A stretch of 64,000 nt of DNA from an uncultured Ruminococcus sp. (GTDB lineage: Bacteria; Bacillota; Clostridia; Oscillospirales; Ruminococcaceae), in assembly GCA_964402055.1 (NCBI GenBank), contig CAYOAV010000003.1, positions 5,900-69,899 on the forward strand, written 5' to 3'. The position numbers were made by a program, and so were the translations under genes. Within the stretch, counting starts at the first letter, position 1. Every line of letters starts with the position of its first letter. The notes below the pieces were generated by a model. That model did no database searches. It had not been told where the DNA came from and saw nothing but the letters and a program-made list of their open reading frames with translations. This document shows positions 39,522 to 48,901 of the stretch, piece after piece.

Positions 39522-41624
39522 CTATTCTGTAAAAAGAAGCTGTGTATATGTAGGATAAGGCCAGATATCAGACGGAGTTATTGTTTCAAGCTCATCAACA
39601 ACTGCACGGAGCGACTGCATTGCACTGAAAACCTCTTCACGGAAAAATCTTGCATTTTCAAGTGTATCGGTCTTTTCCTTGCTGTCGATGACCTTTTTAT
39701 CAAGCACATCTACAGCCGCAAGGACCTCATTCGTAAGGGAAGAAACCTTATCGGCGAGCCTTTTTTCTGCGTCATAATTTACGTCAACAGCCTTTTTGGA
39801 CACCATTGCATCTGCAAGCTGCTTTGAAAATTTAAGAGCCGCAGGGATTATCTGCTTTTTGGACATATCAAGCATTGTAAGAGCTTCTATATTTATTATC
39901 TTGGAATAATTTTCAAGAAGTATTTCACGTCTTGATTCTACCTCTGTTCTTGAAAGAACCTTGAATTCCTCAAAAAGCTTGATATTTTTCTCATCGTTAT
40001 AATGCTCAACAGCGTCAACGGTTGAAACATAGTTAGGCAGACCTCTGCGTTTTGCCTCCTCTACCCAAGCGTCATCATAGCCGTTGCCGTTAAAAATAAC
40101 ACGCTTATGCTCCTTAATTGTTTTCACAAGAAGCTTATTAAGGTCGTTGGCAAAATCATCGGATTTTTCAAGCTCGTCAGCAAATTCCTTAAGAACCTTG
40201 GCAACGCTTGTATTGATAATATAATTCGTGCAGGAAATCGTATCTGCCGAACCAAGTGAGCGGAACTCAAACTTATTTCCTGTGAAAGCGAATGACGAAG
40301 TTCTGTTGCGGTCGGTAGTATCCTTAGGAAAATTCGGAAGAGCGTCAACGCCGATAACAAATTCCTTATTGGTATTTTCCTTTATCATTTTTCCTGATTC
40401 AAGTGCGTCAACTATCTGCTGAAGCTCATCGCCGAGGAACACCGAAATAATTGCAGGAGGAGCTTCGTTTGCACCAAGTCTGTGATCGTTTCCTGCTGAC
40501 GCTGTGGATATTCTTAACAGATCCGCATACTCGTCAACAGCCTTGATAACAGCACAAAGCACTGTAAGGAACTGGAAATTTTCCTTTGGATTATCCCCTG
40601 GTTCAAGAAGATTCTGACCATCGTTTGTTGACATAGACCAGTTATTATGCTTACCCGAACCATTTACGCCTGCATAAGGCTTTTCGTGAAGCAGACACAC
40701 AAATCCGTGACGAAGAGCAACCTTTTTCATAATCTCCATAGTCAGTGCATTCTGGTCTGCGGCAACATTTGATGTCGTAAAGATTGGAGCCATTTCATGC
40801 TGTGCAGGAGCGGCTTCATTATGCTTTGTTTTAGAATAAATGCCCAGTTTCCATAATTCCTCATCGAGATCCTGCATATATTCCTGAACACGTTTTTTGA
40901 TATTGCCGAAATAATGATCCTCAAGCTCCTGACCTTTGGGAGCTTTTGCACCGAAAAGAGTTCTTCCCGTAAGAATAAGATCCTCACGCTTATCATAGAG
41001 CTTTTTATCAACAAGGAAATATTCCTGTTCAGGGCCTACGGTGGTAGTAACTCTTGTAGCGGTCGTATTACCAAAAAGTCTTACGATACGGAGTGCCTGC
41101 TCGGAAAGAACGTCCATTGAACGGAGCAAAGGCGTTTTCTTATCAAGTATCTCGCCCGTATATGAACAGAATGCTGTCGGGATATAAAGTGAGCCGTCTT
41201 TTACAAAAACAGGCGAGGTTGGATCCCAAGCGGTATATCCCCTTGCCTCAAAGGTAGTACGCAAACCGCCTGACGGGAACGAAGAAGCATCAGGCTCACC
41301 CTTGATAAGCTCCTTGCCTGAAAATTCCATTATAATTTTTCCGTCCGCCGTCGGAGAAATAAAGGAATCGTGCTTTTCCGCAGTAACGCCTGTCATAGGG
41401 TGGAACCAATGCGTATAATGCGTTGCACCCTTTTCTATCGCCCATTCCTTCATTGCAGAAGCAACAACCTCAGCCGCATCTGTTTCAAGAGGAATGCCCA
41501 ACTGCTTGGTTTTAAGCAGGGATTTATAGACATTTTTCGGCAAACGTGCCTTCATGATCTCCTCATTGAATACGTTACAGCCGAAATAATCGGGAACAGA
41601 TTTTACACCGCTTGACTCATTCAT
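39522..41624 (-). CDS. glnN: Type III glutamine synthetase (GlnN, about 700 aa)
   Basis: The length and the N-terminus FGCNVFNEEIMKARLPKNVYKSL are characteristic of GSIII. The ATG at 41624 has a GGAGGA SD. Confidence 0.9.
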   Translation of the reverse strand: MNESSGVKSVPDYFGCNVFNEEIMKARLPKNVYKSLLKTKQLGIPLETDAAEVVASAMKEWAIEKGATHYTHWFHPMTGVTAEKHDSFISPTADGKIIMEFSGKELIKGEPDASSFPSGGLRTTFEARGYTAWDPTSPVFVKDGSLYIPTAFCSYTGEILDKKTPLLRSMDVLSEQALRIVRLFGNTTATRVTTTVGPEQEYFLVDKKLYDKREDLILTGRTLFGAKAPKGQELEDHYFGNIKKRVQEYMQDLDEELWKLGIYSKTKHNEAAPAQHEMAPIFTTSNVAADQNALTMEIMKKVALRHGFVCLLHEKPYAGVNGSGKHNNWSMSTNDGQNLLEPGDNPKENFQFLTVLCAVIKAVDEYADLLRISTASAGNDHRLGANEAPPAIISVFLGDELQQIVDALESGKMIKENTNKEFVIGVDALPNFPKDTTDRNRTSSFAFTGNKFEFRSLGSADTISCTNYIINTSVAKVLKEFADELEKSDDFANDLNKLLVKTIKEHKRVIFNGNGYDDAWVEEAKRRGLPNYVSTVDAVEHYNDEKNIKLFEEFKVLSRTEVESRREILLENYSKIINIEALTMLDMSKKQIIPAALKFSKQLADAMVSKKAVDVNYDAEKRLADKVSSLTNEVLAAVDVLDKKVIDSKEKTDTLENARFFREEVFSAMQSLRAVVDELETITPSDIWPYPTYTQLLFTE

Positions 41625-41642
41625 AAAAAATCCTCCTAAATT

Positions 41643-41686
41643 CAAAAAACGCTTCGGCAGACAGTTCACCCGTCAGCCGAAGCGTC
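41643..41686 (-). terminator. Strong intrinsic terminator hairpin located between the ynbB-like stop and the glnN SD
   Basis: The minus strand reads ACGCTTCGGC-17 nt-GCCGAAGCGT followed by TTTTTT. It ends about 20 nt before the glnN ATG. Confidence 0.7.
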
Positions 41687-41710
41687 ATTGCTTCATATAA
41701 CTATACTATT

Positions 41711-41739
41711 ATTTTACACCAAAAACTAAATATTGTCAA
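41711..41739 (-). promoter_or_regulatory. Candidate sigma-A promoter (TTGACA-17 nt-TAAAAT) upstream of the hairpin and glnN
   Basis: The minus strand has TTGACA (41739-41734), a 17-nt spacer and TAAAAT (41716-41711). Confidence 0.45.
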
Positions 41740-41755
41740 TACTTTCCGATAAATT

Positions 41756-43060
41756 TTATGAAATATTTATTCTGATGCAATGTCTGTCGTACATTTCCTG
41801 AACAGCTGTAAGTATGCCAAGCCTTGCAACAGGGAATGTCAATCCACCCTGAACATATGCGGCAAATGGTTCACGGAGCGGAGCGTCTGCTGAAAGCTCT
41901 ATTGAAGCTCCCATATTGAACGCACCTGCCGCCATAATAACCTGTGAATCATAACCGGGCATATCCCATGGTTCAGGTGTAACATAGCTGTCAACAGGCG
42001 AGCCTTTCTGTATTCCCTGACAGAAAGCAACAAGATTTTCTGCATTTTTCATAAGTACAGTTGTAATAATATCGCCCCTTTTCTGACCTGAAGCAGGCAG
42101 ACACTCAAATCCGAGCATTGACATAAGGCTGCCTGTAAAAGCGGCAGTCTTTACAGCACTGCATACAACTTCAGGAGCCATAAGCAGACCCTGATACATA
42201 AGCTTATTCTGGTTAAGGGTACAACCAACCTCTTTTCCCATTCCAACGCAGGTCATTCTGTAGGAACAAAGCTCAACAAGCTTCTTTTTTCCCGCAATAT
42301 ATCCGCCTGTTTCCGCAATTCCTGCACCAGGGTTCTTGATAAGTGAACCTATAATAAGATCCGCACCGACAGAAAGCGGCTCAGAAGCTTCTACAAACTC
42401 ACCATAGCAGTTATCGACCATAACGATAGCGTTCGGGTTTGCATTCTTCACGCTTTTAACTATTTCAGCAATATCATCAACGGTAAGCGTAGGACGGAGA
42501 GCATAGCCTCTTGAACGCTGGATATAAGCAACCTTTGCGTCCTTGACTTTTTTAAATATATCCGCAAGATTAACCTTGCCATCGGGAAGAAAATCGACCT
42601 GATCGTATTCTATCCCGAAATCCTTGAGAGAACCATTGCCGCTTCCTCTTATGCCGATAACCTCGTCAAGAGTATCATAAGGCTTACCTGTAAGGCTGAC
42701 AATTTTGTCACCTGTTCTCAACACGCCGAAAAGAGCGACTGTAAGAGCATGAGTACCCGATACAAAGGAATGACGCACAAGAGCGTCCTCCGCACCGAAA
42801 ACCTCCGCATACACCTTATCAAGCGTATCTCTGCCCACATCGTCATAACCATAACCAGTAGTTCCGACCATACATGAGGAGCTTACCTTGTTATTAATAA
42901 ACGCATAAAGCACCTTTTCACTGTTTTTGCGTGCGATTTTCTCTGCAAGAGCGAATACTTCACTGCACTCCGCTTCAGCCTTTTCCGCAAGCTTAAGTAT
43001 TCTTTCATCAAATTCAAAGCCTTTCTGTACGACAGGCTTCGGATCAAAAATTTCTGCCAT
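41756..43060 (-). CDS. YnbB-like PLP-dependent protein (methionine gamma-lyase family, aluminium-resistance protein type)
   Basis: About 434 aa, collinear with the YnbB/PF06838-type family. The position directly upstream of a glutamine synthetase gene mirrors B. subtilis ynbB-glnR-glnA. The ATG is at 43060. Confidence 0.75.
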   Translation of the reverse strand: MAEIFDPKPVVQKGFEFDERILKLAEKAEAECSEVFALAEKIARKNSEKVLYAFINNKVSSSCMVGTTGYGYDDVGRDTLDKVYAEVFGAEDALVRHSFVSGTHALTVALFGVLRTGDKIVSLTGKPYDTLDEVIGIRGSGNGSLKDFGIEYDQVDFLPDGKVNLADIFKKVKDAKVAYIQRSRGYALRPTLTVDDIAEIVKSVKNANPNAIVMVDNCYGEFVEASEPLSVGADLIIGSLIKNPGAGIAETGGYIAGKKKLVELCSYRMTCVGMGKEVGCTLNQNKLMYQGLLMAPEVVCSAVKTAAFTGSLMSMLGFECLPASGQKRGDIITTVLMKNAENLVAFCQGIQKGSPVDSYVTPEPWDMPGYDSQVIMAAGAFNMGASIELSADAPLREPFAAYVQGGLTFPVARLGILTAVQEMYDRHCIRINIS

Positions 43061-43769
43061 TATCCAAACCTCTTTCATAAACAATATCTGCCGTTACTTC
43101 TTCAAATCCGAGCGAACGGTAGAATGTGTATCTTTCCTTTTTACTGTAAAGATAAATTTCTTTACACTCTTTCCTTAATTCACAGCAAAGCCAATTCAAT
43201 AGCCTTGCCGCATTTCCTTTTCCCCTGTCGGCTTTCGCTGTTGCGATATGTGATAAAAAAGCAAAGCCGTCAATATCAAATGCTTTTTGTACAGTCGTTG
43301 TTTCATAAAGGTAAATATCCGAAACACCATGACGTATTCTATGCGAAATATCAACATACCAGGCATCAAACTCATCTATTCCGAAAGCTTCGGACAAAAT
43401 CGGGAAATTATCTGCTATAAAGGTATTGTGCTTTACATCTAAAGCTTCGTTACAGCATAATTTATCTGTTGCCTTGAAAAGTGTTCTTTCGCAAGGAAGA
43501 TAATCTCCGCTTGGAACAAAGCCGATTTCAGCAGGTATTTCAACAGTCACAGGTGAAAGCATTCCGATAAAGCTGTCAAGCTCTTCATTATCAAATTTCC
43601 CGTCAACTATCATTGTGCCGTTATAAATCAGAACAGCACCGCCGATCTCATTTTCATAAAATCTGCAAAAATCATACGATGTACCGTAAGCATTCAAATA
43701 CGAACGTATTTTGTAACCATAATAGCTGTCAGAAAGCCTTACGTCAGTACAAAAGCTCCTGCTTATCAA
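43044..43769 (-). CDS. GNAT-like acetyltransferase (C-terminal GNAT core)
   Basis: 241 aa. The C-terminal AKADRGKGNAARLLNWL...YRSLGFEE resembles GNAT motifs A and B. The start codon is uncertain (the track uses TTG). Confidence 0.55.
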   Translation of the reverse strand: MISRSFCTDVRLSDSYYGYKIRSYLNAYGTSYDFCRFYENEIGGAVLIYNGTMIVDGKFDNEELDSFIGMLSPVTVEIPAEIGFVPSGDYLPCERTLFKATDKLCCNEALDVKHNTFIADNFPILSEAFGIDEFDAWYVDISHRIRHGVSDIYLYETTTVQKAFDIDGFAFLSHIATAKADRGKGNAARLLNWLCCELRKECKEIYLYSKKERYTFYRSLGFEEVTADIVYERGLDNGRNF

Positions 43770-44785
43770 AGCTCACACACCCGATTCATCATAAGGCTTA
43801 CAAGCTTCAATGAATTTTCCATATCCGAAATTCTCGCCGCACTTGCAGGTGAATGAAGGTATCTGCAAGGCACTGAAACCGCAAGAGTTCTTACGCCACC
43901 TCTTGAAATATGAATAGCTCCGCTGTCATTACCGCCTGCGACCATTGTTTTCGTCTGCCATGGGATATTGTTTTCCTCTGCAAGCTGTTTTGAAAGCTCA
44001 TACATTTCACGGTCATATATAGTTGAACGATCCATATAAGAAACAACAGGGCCTTTCCCAAGCTCACAGCAACGTTCAGCACCGCTCACAGACGGAATAT
44101 CAGCCGCTGTTGTCGCTTCAAGAACAAGTGCAAAATCGGGATCAACTGTAAACGCCGCTGCCCTTGCACCTCTAAGACCAACCTCTTCCTGAACAACAAA
44201 GGTGAATGTTGTATCATATTCAAGCTCACTGTTTATGAGCATTATCATTATAGCACAGCCAAAACGATCGTCAATAGCCTTTGAACAAAGCAGATCCTCA
44301 CCAAGCTTGATTATTTCAGAGTCGAAATATGCGTAATCACCTAGAGAAACAAGCTTTTCAGTTTCTTCGGCAGACTGCGTGCCTATATCAATATAAAGCC
44401 CCGAAAATTCAGCCGCCTTTTCTCTTTCCGATGATGAAAGGTTATGCACTGCCTTTGAGCCGATAACTCCTCTGACATTTCCGGCCTTGACATTCCTGCC
44501 TATAACTACTCTTGGATCTATTCCTCCAACAGGCGAAAACGTAAGCGTACCGTCAGATTTCACCGATGTGATTATCATTCCAACCTCGTCCATATGAGCG
44601 GAAATCATAAGCTTTTTTGGCGGTGTTTTTTTTCCCTTGACAAAAGCTATTATATTTCCGAGATTATCTGTCTTATACTCGCATTTATCCTTTATACGCT
44701 CAATGATATATTCACGGACGTTCTTTTCATCTCCCGAAGTGCCGTTAATTGAACAAAGCTCCTTTAAAAGCGTTACAAACTCCAT
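43766..44785 (-). CDS. M42 family metallopeptidase
   Basis: The ATG at 44785 gives MEFVTLLKELCSINGTSGDE. AHMDEVG, DDRFGC and QEEVGLRGA metal-ligand motifs are present. Confidence 0.85.
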   Translation of the reverse strand: MEFVTLLKELCSINGTSGDEKNVREYIIERIKDKCEYKTDNLGNIIAFVKGKKTPPKKLMISAHMDEVGMIITSVKSDGTLTFSPVGGIDPRVVIGRNVKAGNVRGVIGSKAVHNLSSSEREKAAEFSGLYIDIGTQSAEETEKLVSLGDYAYFDSEIIKLGEDLLCSKAIDDRFGCAIMIMLINSELEYDTTFTFVVQEEVGLRGARAAAFTVDPDFALVLEATTAADIPSVSGAERCCELGKGPVVSYMDRSTIYDREMYELSKQLAEENNIPWQTKTMVAGGNDSGAIHISRGGVRTLAVSVPCRYLHSPASAARISDMENSLKLVSLMMNRVCEL

Positions 44786-44786
44786 A

Positions 44787-45806
44787 TCAACGCACCTCCA
44801 TAATATATTCCGCAATAAGTTTTGCCGTATTTTCAACGTCCTGAACGGAAATAACCTCAACAGGCGTGTGCATATATTTCAGAGGCATTGACAAGGTAAC
44901 AGCCTTGACACCGCCTGCATTCACAGAAAACCTATCGGCATTCGTTCCCGTTTCATCATTCATAATTTCAAGCTGATACGGAATTTCCTTTTCCTTGGCA
45001 AGCCTTTTAAAGTCGTCCGAAAGCTCACGGTCAAGCGTTGGTGCAAGGCCTATCATAGCACCCTTGCCCATTTTTCCGCATTTCAGCTCGGAATCGTCCG
45101 ATGTAAGAGCAAAGCTCACGTCTACCGCAATGGCAATATCTGGCGAAACATCATAAACACCGATCTTAGCTCCTCTTTCACCGACCTCTTCCTGCGATGA
45201 AAACATTATTGTATATGAACAATCTGTTTTCTTATCCTTAAGCATTTCTGCCACACGAAGCAGGCAGGCAACACCGCATCTGTCGTCAAGAGCCGCTCCT
45301 GCGATTCTATCACCCTGCAAATCACGGCAATTCTGAAGAAATTCAACCTTTGAGCCGAGTGGAATAACCTTTTCTGCTTCTTCCTTTGTCATACCTACAT
45401 CAATAGATATATCGGAATAGGACGGGACCTTGCTTTCATCGGATTTTTTTTCAAGATGCGGAGGAATAGAGCAAATCACTCCGTAAATCTCCTTTTTTCC
45501 GAGTATTCTGACCTGTTGAGCAAGCAAAAGCCGCCTGTCTATACCGCCGCAGTTTGCAATTTTCAGAAAGCCGTCATCTGTGATATAGGTTACAACAAAG
45601 CCTACCCTATCAATATGAGCGTCAAGCAGGATATGAGGTTTCCCCTCGCTTCTTACTCCGAAATTACCGAACACGCAGTTATTTTTGATATAACAATCGT
45701 CAGTATATTCCTTAAGATAATCAAGTGCAAGCTCTGCCGCAGGATATTCGTCACCCGAAACACCACTGCAGTCTGCAAGCTTTTTTATAGTTTCTTTTAA
45801 ATCCAT
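44787..45806 (-). CDS. M42 family metallopeptidase (paralogue)
   Basis: 339 aa with AHIDRVG, DDRCGV and QEEVGERGA motifs. It is in tandem with the previous M42 gene. Confidence 0.85.
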   Translation of the reverse strand: MDLKETIKKLADCSGVSGDEYPAAELALDYLKEYTDDCYIKNNCVFGNFGVRSEGKPHILLDAHIDRVGFVVTYITDDGFLKIANCGGIDRRLLLAQQVRILGKKEIYGVICSIPPHLEKKSDESKVPSYSDISIDVGMTKEEAEKVIPLGSKVEFLQNCRDLQGDRIAGAALDDRCGVACLLRVAEMLKDKKTDCSYTIMFSSQEEVGERGAKIGVYDVSPDIAIAVDVSFALTSDDSELKCGKMGKGAMIGLAPTLDRELSDDFKRLAKEKEIPYQLEIMNDETGTNADRFSVNAGGVKAVTLSMPLKYMHTPVEVISVQDVENTAKLIAEYIMEVR

Positions 45807-45818
45807 ATTTCTACCCTA

Positions 45819-47207
45819 TCAGAGAGCATTTACTATATTCTTGTAATGCTTTCCACGTTCCTCAAAGTTTTTATAGCTGTCAAAGCTTGCACTTGCAGGC
45901 GAAAGCGTTACAATATCGCCATTTTCCGCAATACTGCAAGCAGTTTTTACAGCTTCTTCCATTGTTTTAACACGATAAATACGGCAATTATCCTCGTCAT
46001 ATCCACCGTAAGCACGGACAGCCGCTTCTATCTTATCAGCAGTCGCACCGAGCAATATAAGCGACCTTACCTTTTTATTGATAGCTTCGGACATTGTACT
46101 GTAATCAAGCTTTTTATCCGAACCCCCTGCGATAACGATAAGCCTTTGCTCAAACGCATTAAGACCGGCAATTACACTCACTGGGCTTGTAGCAATACTG
46201 TCATTATAATATTTTACTCCGTCAAGCTCACGGACAAATTCTATTCTATGCTCAACTCCGCCAAAGCTCTCAGCAGTCTGCTTTATAGCCTCTGTTGGAA
46301 CGTCACCATAAACAGCCGCAATAGCCGCAAGATAATTCTCAACATTATGCAAACCAGGGATCTTTATGCTGTCCTTATGGATAATTCTTTCCGTTTTCTT
46401 TCCGTCATTAAAGCATAACCAACCGCTTTCATCGAGAAACGAACCATATTCAGGCTTTGTGATTCTGCTGAATTTAACAAGATGACCTCTTACCTCATCG
46501 GAAAGAGCATTTACCTTTTCATTATCAAGGTTAAGTACAGTCTTGGAAAAAGCATTCTGATGAAGAATAAGATTTTTCTTTGCACCAATATACTCTTCCA
46601 TATTTTTATGCACATTCAGATGATCGGGATAGATATTTGTGATTATTGCGGTATCAGGCGAATGCCGCATACTGATCAGCTGAAAGCTTGACAGCTCGAC
46701 AACTGCAATATCGTCGGGGGAAATGCTCTCTATTATCGGCAATAATGCACGGCCAATATTCCCTCCCTTATGCACTTTTTTTCCACTTCGTTCAAGTATT
46801 TCGGAAATTATGGTGGTTGTAGTGGTCTTACCGTCAGTTCCTGTTATGCCATATATTTTACACGGACATAAATCGAAGAACACTTCCATTTCAGAGGTTA
46901 CTGCGATACCCATATCTCTTGCTTTTTTCAGCTCAGGCGAAAGGAAATACATTCCGGGAGTTCTGAACACAATATCGGAATTATAAATTTCATCAAGATA
47001 ATTTTCTCCGAGTGAAAGCCTTGCTCCCTCGCTTTCCAGTCTGTCGGCAAGCTCCCCCATTTCATCACGGGATTTCTTATCGCATACAGTAACTGAAATT
47101 CCCTTTTTAAGCAGCAGCTCTATCAATTCCATATGGCTTACGCCCGTACCGATAAGAGCCACCCTTTTATTTTTCAGATCTGCAAAAAAAGCTTCTGCAG
47201 TATTCAT
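45819..47207 (-). CDS. murD: UDP-N-acetylmuramoylalanine--D-glutamate ligase
   Basis: The likely start is the ATG at 47207 (MNTAEAFFADLKNKRVALIGTGVSH). The P-loop is GITGTDGKTTTT and the Mur ligase middle and C-terminal domains are present. Confidence 0.9.
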   Translation of the reverse strand: MNTAEAFFADLKNKRVALIGTGVSHMELIELLLKKGISVTVCDKKSRDEMGELADRLESEGARLSLGENYLDEIYNSDIVFRTPGMYFLSPELKKARDMGIAVTSEMEVFFDLCPCKIYGITGTDGKTTTTTIISEILERSGKKVHKGGNIGRALLPIIESISPDDIAVVELSSFQLISMRHSPDTAIITNIYPDHLNVHKNMEEYIGAKKNLILHQNAFSKTVLNLDNEKVNALSDEVRGHLVKFSRITKPEYGSFLDESGWLCFNDGKKTERIIHKDSIKIPGLHNVENYLAAIAAVYGDVPTEAIKQTAESFGGVEHRIEFVRELDGVKYYNDSIATSPVSVIAGLNAFEQRLIVIAGGSDKKLDYSTMSEAINKKVRSLILLGATADKIEAAVRAYGGYDEDNCRIYRVKTMEEAVKTACSIAENGDIVTLSPASASFDSYKNFEERGKHYKNIVNAL

Positions 47208-47333
47208 TATCAACACCGTCTTTTCTATACAATCATACACAAATAATTATATACAAATTTTTCCGAAATATCAAGTTTTTGCATAGAATTGGGTTTATTT
47301 TCATAAATTTAACCAAGAAATGAGGTAAACAAA

Positions 47334-48869
47334 ATGAAAATTTATATAAATAAAATGGCAAAGGATACCTTTCGTCTGACATTTGTTACACTTATACTGG
47401 ACCTGCTCGGCATATTTCTTAATTCTGTTATCTCCGAAAGGCTTGGAACTGCCTCCGTGGGCATAATGACGCTCATATTTACCGTTTTCGGTTTTATTAT
47501 GGTTCTCGCCAACGGAAATATCTTTTTATCCACAAGTAGACTTGTTTCGGAGGAAATTGGCTTCGGGAACTGCAACCATTCAAAAATAATGCGGTATTCT
47601 CTTAGCTTTTCGATATGTCTTTCCTGCTTTTTTTCCGTTGCGTCAATACTTCTTGCGAAAAAGCTGTCTGTTATTTCAGGAAGCGGCATTGACCTTTCAC
47701 AACCGATAAGAATAATATCACTTTCGCTCCCCTTTGCCGCAGTCGGTTCATGTATAAAGGGATATCTTAACGCAATCGGAAAGGTTGGAAAAGCCTGCCT
47801 TGGTGAAATTATAGAATTTACAGCAAAATGGTGTTTTCTTCTAATATCCGTTGTTTTCCTCATAAACAAGGATATTAGCATTTACAACCTAATAGCCTTT
47901 TCAATTTTTACAGGCGAAGCAATAAGCTTTTTCTATTATCTGGCAAATTTCATTCCTGAACATCGTATATTCTGCCGCAAAGAGCATACCGTTCCGAAGC
48001 TTGATTCATTCGGAAAATATATTAAGCTTTCATTGCCGATACTTGCAAGCGGTTATGTTCAGATGATTTTATCAACTGCCAACGACCTGCTCGTTCCTAT
48101 AGCACTTGTCAGGTTCAATTCCTCTGCTGAACGTGGAATGAGCGAATATGGAATGTTTGAAGCGATGATAATTCCAACTCTTTTCTTCCCGACTGCGATA
48201 CTGACCTCTCTTTCAAACGTTCTTTTGCCCGAAATTGCCCGTGCAAATTCTTCTAACTGCTCCGAACGGATAAAAAGTCTTGTTACCAAAGCTCTGACAA
48301 GCTCGTTCATATATTCTTTTTTCATCGGTGGAATTTTTTTATGCGCTGGCAGGGCTATCGGAAATGTTGTCTGCTGCAGTGATCCCCTTGTCGGAGAAAC
48401 GCTTGTAAAAATGTTCCCTGTTATTCCGTTTATATATCTTGAAATAGTGCTTGAATGCATTTTAAAGGGACTTGGCAAGCAGAATTTTTCAACTATCAAT
48501 TCCCTTTGTGAATATATTATCAGAATAGCCTGCGTTGTAATATTTGTAAAGCTATATGGGTTTACAGGTGTACTGATATCATATTATGCAAGCAATATTT
48601 ACAGCAACATAATCCGCATTATAGTTGTATGCAAAGCAACAAATGTCAGATTTTCGCCAAAGCTTTTTATCCTTATTCCGTTTTTATACAGCTTCTCTGC
48701 CTGTATAACAGCTTCCGCACTGACCAAGCTTATTTCGCCTGTTAATGCTATGCTTGAAGCGATAATTTTCATCTGTATAGCTTCGATAATCTTTATTACT
48801 ATATACGAGCTTGGAAAGAAGCTATTCAGCGACAATCGTGGTTTTATAACTGTATATTCCACGCAATAA
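47334..48869 (+). CDS. MOP-superfamily flippase (SpoVB / polysaccharide biosynthesis protein type)
   Basis: 511 aa with about 14 TM segments, of SpoVB/MurJ-like architecture. It is divergent from murD. Confidence 0.7.
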   Translation: MKIYINKMAKDTFRLTFVTLILDLLGIFLNSVISERLGTASVGIMTLIFTVFGFIMVLANGNIFLSTSRLVSEEIGFGNCNHSKIMRYSLSFSICLSCFFSVASILLAKKLSVISGSGIDLSQPIRIISLSLPFAAVGSCIKGYLNAIGKVGKACLGEIIEFTAKWCFLLISVVFLINKDISIYNLIAFSIFTGEAISFFYYLANFIPEHRIFCRKEHTVPKLDSFGKYIKLSLPILASGYVQMILSTANDLLVPIALVRFNSSAERGMSEYGMFEAMIIPTLFFPTAILTSLSNVLLPEIARANSSNCSERIKSLVTKALTSSFIYSFFIGGIFLCAGRAIGNVVCCSDPLVGETLVKMFPVIPFIYLEIVLECILKGLGKQNFSTINSLCEYIIRIACVVIFVKLYGFTGVLISYYASNIYSNIIRIIVVCKATNVRFSPKLFILIPFLYSFSACITASALTKLISPVNAMLEAIIFICIASIIFITIYELGKKLFSDNRGFITVYSTQ

Positions 48870-48896
48870 AGGGAATGCCACAAAAAGCATTCCCTT
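48869..48896. terminator. Bidirectional terminator hairpin between convergent genes
   Basis: AAGGGAATGC-cacaaaaa-GCATTCCCTT with T-rich sequence on the plus side. It separates the flippase gene (+) from the GH5 gene (-). Confidence 0.75.
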
Positions 48897-48901
48897 ATCT
48901 T

